DNA of 57,876 nucleotides from a bacterium (GTDB lineage Bacteria; RUG730): NCBI GenBank assembly GCA_031551405.1, contig JAVBNQ010000008.1, positions 1 to 57,876 of the forward strand, read 5' to 3'. Shown piece by piece: positions 56,301 to 57,876 of this stretch (position 1 is its first letter; each line of letters starts with the position of its first letter). The notes under the pieces were generated by a model. It saw only the letters and a program-made list of their open reading frames with translations, ran no database searches and was not told where the DNA came from. The position numbers and the translations under genes were made by a program.

Positions 56301-57077
56301 TTGGAGTATGTCTTCGATAATTTTGAGGTAATAAAAAAATATTTAAATTCACGCCAAAAAAACTATATTTTTTTAGATTACGACGGGACTTTGGCAATTT
56401 TACATCGAAGACCGGCAATGAATTTTATGACTAACGAAATGCGAGACCTTTTACTTGTTTTAAGAGACAAATATTTTTTAGGAATAATTTCCGGACGTTC
56501 GCTCGAAAATTTAAAGATAAGAGTTGGTATTGACGATATTTTTTATTCCGGGAATCACGGACTAGAAATAGAATATAAAGATTTTGTTTTCACGCACCCG
56601 GCAGCGCTTCAAACCGAAAAATATGTAAAATTACTGACGGATAAACTTTTGCAAAAGCTCAAAAATTTTGACGTTTTGATAGAAGATAAAAAGTTGTCGT
56701 TTAGTATCCATTATCGCGGTTTAATCGAATCTGACATCAAAACTTTGCACAATATTTTCAATAAAACCTACGAAAATTTTGAATACAAATCTGAGCTTAC
56801 TATTTTTTATGGGAAAGATGTAATTGAGTCAAAGCCAAATGTAGACTGGAATAAAGGAAAAGCTATCGAACTGTTCTTATCGAAATTTGCGATAGAAAAT
56901 TATGGAACAGCTTTCTTGGGAGACGATACAACTGATGAATTTGGATTTTTGGAGCTAAAAAAATATTCCGCGCTTTGCATTAAAGTCGGACCAACCAATG
57001 ACAGTTATGCAAATTTTTATCTAAATGACGTCGAGGACGTTTACAAATTTTTGCATAAAATCGTGACTGAAATCTAA
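56301..57077 (+). CDS. otsB: Trehalose-6-phosphate phosphatase
   Basis: FLDYDGTL, ISGR, GNHGLE, EDK..S.SIHYR, WNKGKA and GDDTTDE motifs (HAD IIB). Confidence 0.92.
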   Translation: MEYVFDNFEVIKKYLNSRQKNYIFLDYDGTLAILHRRPAMNFMTNEMRDLLLVLRDKYFLGIISGRSLENLKIRVGIDDIFYSGNHGLEIEYKDFVFTHPAALQTEKYVKLLTDKLLQKLKNFDVLIEDKKLSFSIHYRGLIESDIKTLHNIFNKTYENFEYKSELTIFYGKDVIESKPNVDWNKGKAIELFLSKFAIENYGTAFLGDDTTDEFGFLELKKYSALCIKVGPTNDSYANFYLNDVEDVYKFLHKIVTEI

Positions 57078-57132
57078 TGAAATCTTATTTATACTTCTCT
57101 ATATTTTTTTAGAAGGAGTTTAAATTTTTTAA

Positions 57133-57463
57133 ATGAAAGCAGGCTTATTTGATAAAGAATTAAAATTTGTGGATGATTATGTAAAATCTGTTCCGCAAAA
57201 AGACGAAGCACTTGTGAGAGTAACACTGGCCAAAATTTGCAACACGAATTACGAAATAACAAAGGGCTATATGGGCTATGTCGGAGTTCTGGGACACGAA
57301 AACGTAGGCGTTGTAGAAAAAAAATGACCGGGCGCTTTTGGGCTCACGGTGTGGACAATTCACTCCTGCGTTGAAACTGCTCAAATCCAAAAAAGTTGTC
57401 TTCTCACCTTTAATTTCTGCAATCTTTCCTGATGATAAAGCTCTAGAAGCTTTTGGCCTAAAC
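57133..57463 (+). pseudogene. Internally deleted zinc-dependent (MDR) alcohol dehydrogenase remnant
   Basis: The N-terminal piece (EALVRV..ICNT..GVLGHENVGVVE, stop at 57327) is followed directly, in another frame, by the family's C-terminal piece (GSRCGQF.PALKLL..PLISAIFP..ALEAF). The middle of the enzyme is missing. Confidence 0.8.
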
Positions 57464-57737
57464 AATTGCGCTACCAGGGAAAGACTAAACACTGACACAA
57501 AAAATACCTACCTTTTTATATCTACTTCTTCTATCTTTTTTATTGTGATACAGAATGGTCCACATCCTAATTCCACATATCTTACAAAACATCACAAATA
57601 CCTTTGCAGCAGTAAATAAACACTGCTCAGCTGCTCCATTTCCAATCTTTCGTAAAGAATTCGCCAAAAACTCGTTTTGCGAAAGAAGGAAAAATGAATA
57701 TATTAAAAAAGAAACGAAAAATTTACCGGAGTGTTAA

Positions 57738-57876
57738 ATGGAAAATTTAAACAAAAACAAAGCAAATTTTTTTAATTCAAAGATCAGGAAGATCGTAGCG
57801 AGTTTAGTGGTAAGCATTTATTTAGCGGGGCAAATCGGCGTGGATTTACGAGCAGTCGAGCTAACAAATCCAAACA
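57738..57876 (+). CDS. 5' end of a signal-peptide-bearing protein running off the window
   Basis: GGAG RBS, then MENLNKNKANFFNSKIRKIVASLVVSIYLAGQIGVDLRAVELTNPN, open to the window end. Confidence 0.6.
   Translation, partial: MENLNKNKANFFNSKIRKIVASLVVSIYLAGQIGVDLRAVELTNPN

Noticed and set aside
57160..57737. ORFs 57160-57498, 57485-57667, 57555-57737 and the tail of 57338-57619
   Set aside because: No recognisable protein signal beyond the dehydrogenase remnant.

Overview
An AT-rich bacterial chromosome segment using the standard genetic code. The gene repertoire (SprA-like barrel, orphan FliG_C protein, GuaB3, giant signal-peptide proteins) suggests an Elusimicrobiota-like diderm lineage; this is inference only. 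Most of the window is housekeeping: bioA, nusA, galT, metF, argH, guaB3, dut, the rpmF-plsX-fabD-fabG-acpP-fabF-rnc operon ending in a stand-alone pfaD, mnmE and otsB. The stand-out feature is a pair of paralogous giant secreted proteins. One is intact (44112-56267, 4051 aa). The other (12199-18192, about 1998 aa when rejoined) is split into four ORFs by three -1 frameshifts. Both share a signal peptide, a roughly 450-aa TraB/ChaN-like N-terminal domain, two HExxE...H modules and a conserved C-terminal domain ending in Ala-Ala, but their central cargo differs completely. The split copy carries a eukaryote-type UDP-glucose pyrophosphorylase. The intact copy carries a USP-like deubiquitinase with two LIR-like motifs, a duplicated helical unit and an Ntox11-like toxin domain. 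This looks like a polymorphic, probably eukaryote-directed effector system. Also present: T9SS-like parts (SprA-like and PorV-like barrels plus a CTD-bearing lamin-tail protein), an unannotated 55-aa mini-MetV, a dispersed family of long-hairpin intergenic repeats and a 750-bp TIR-bounded MITE-like element. No rRNA, tRNA or CRISPR array was seen. All domain calls are by-eye motif recognition, not database searches.
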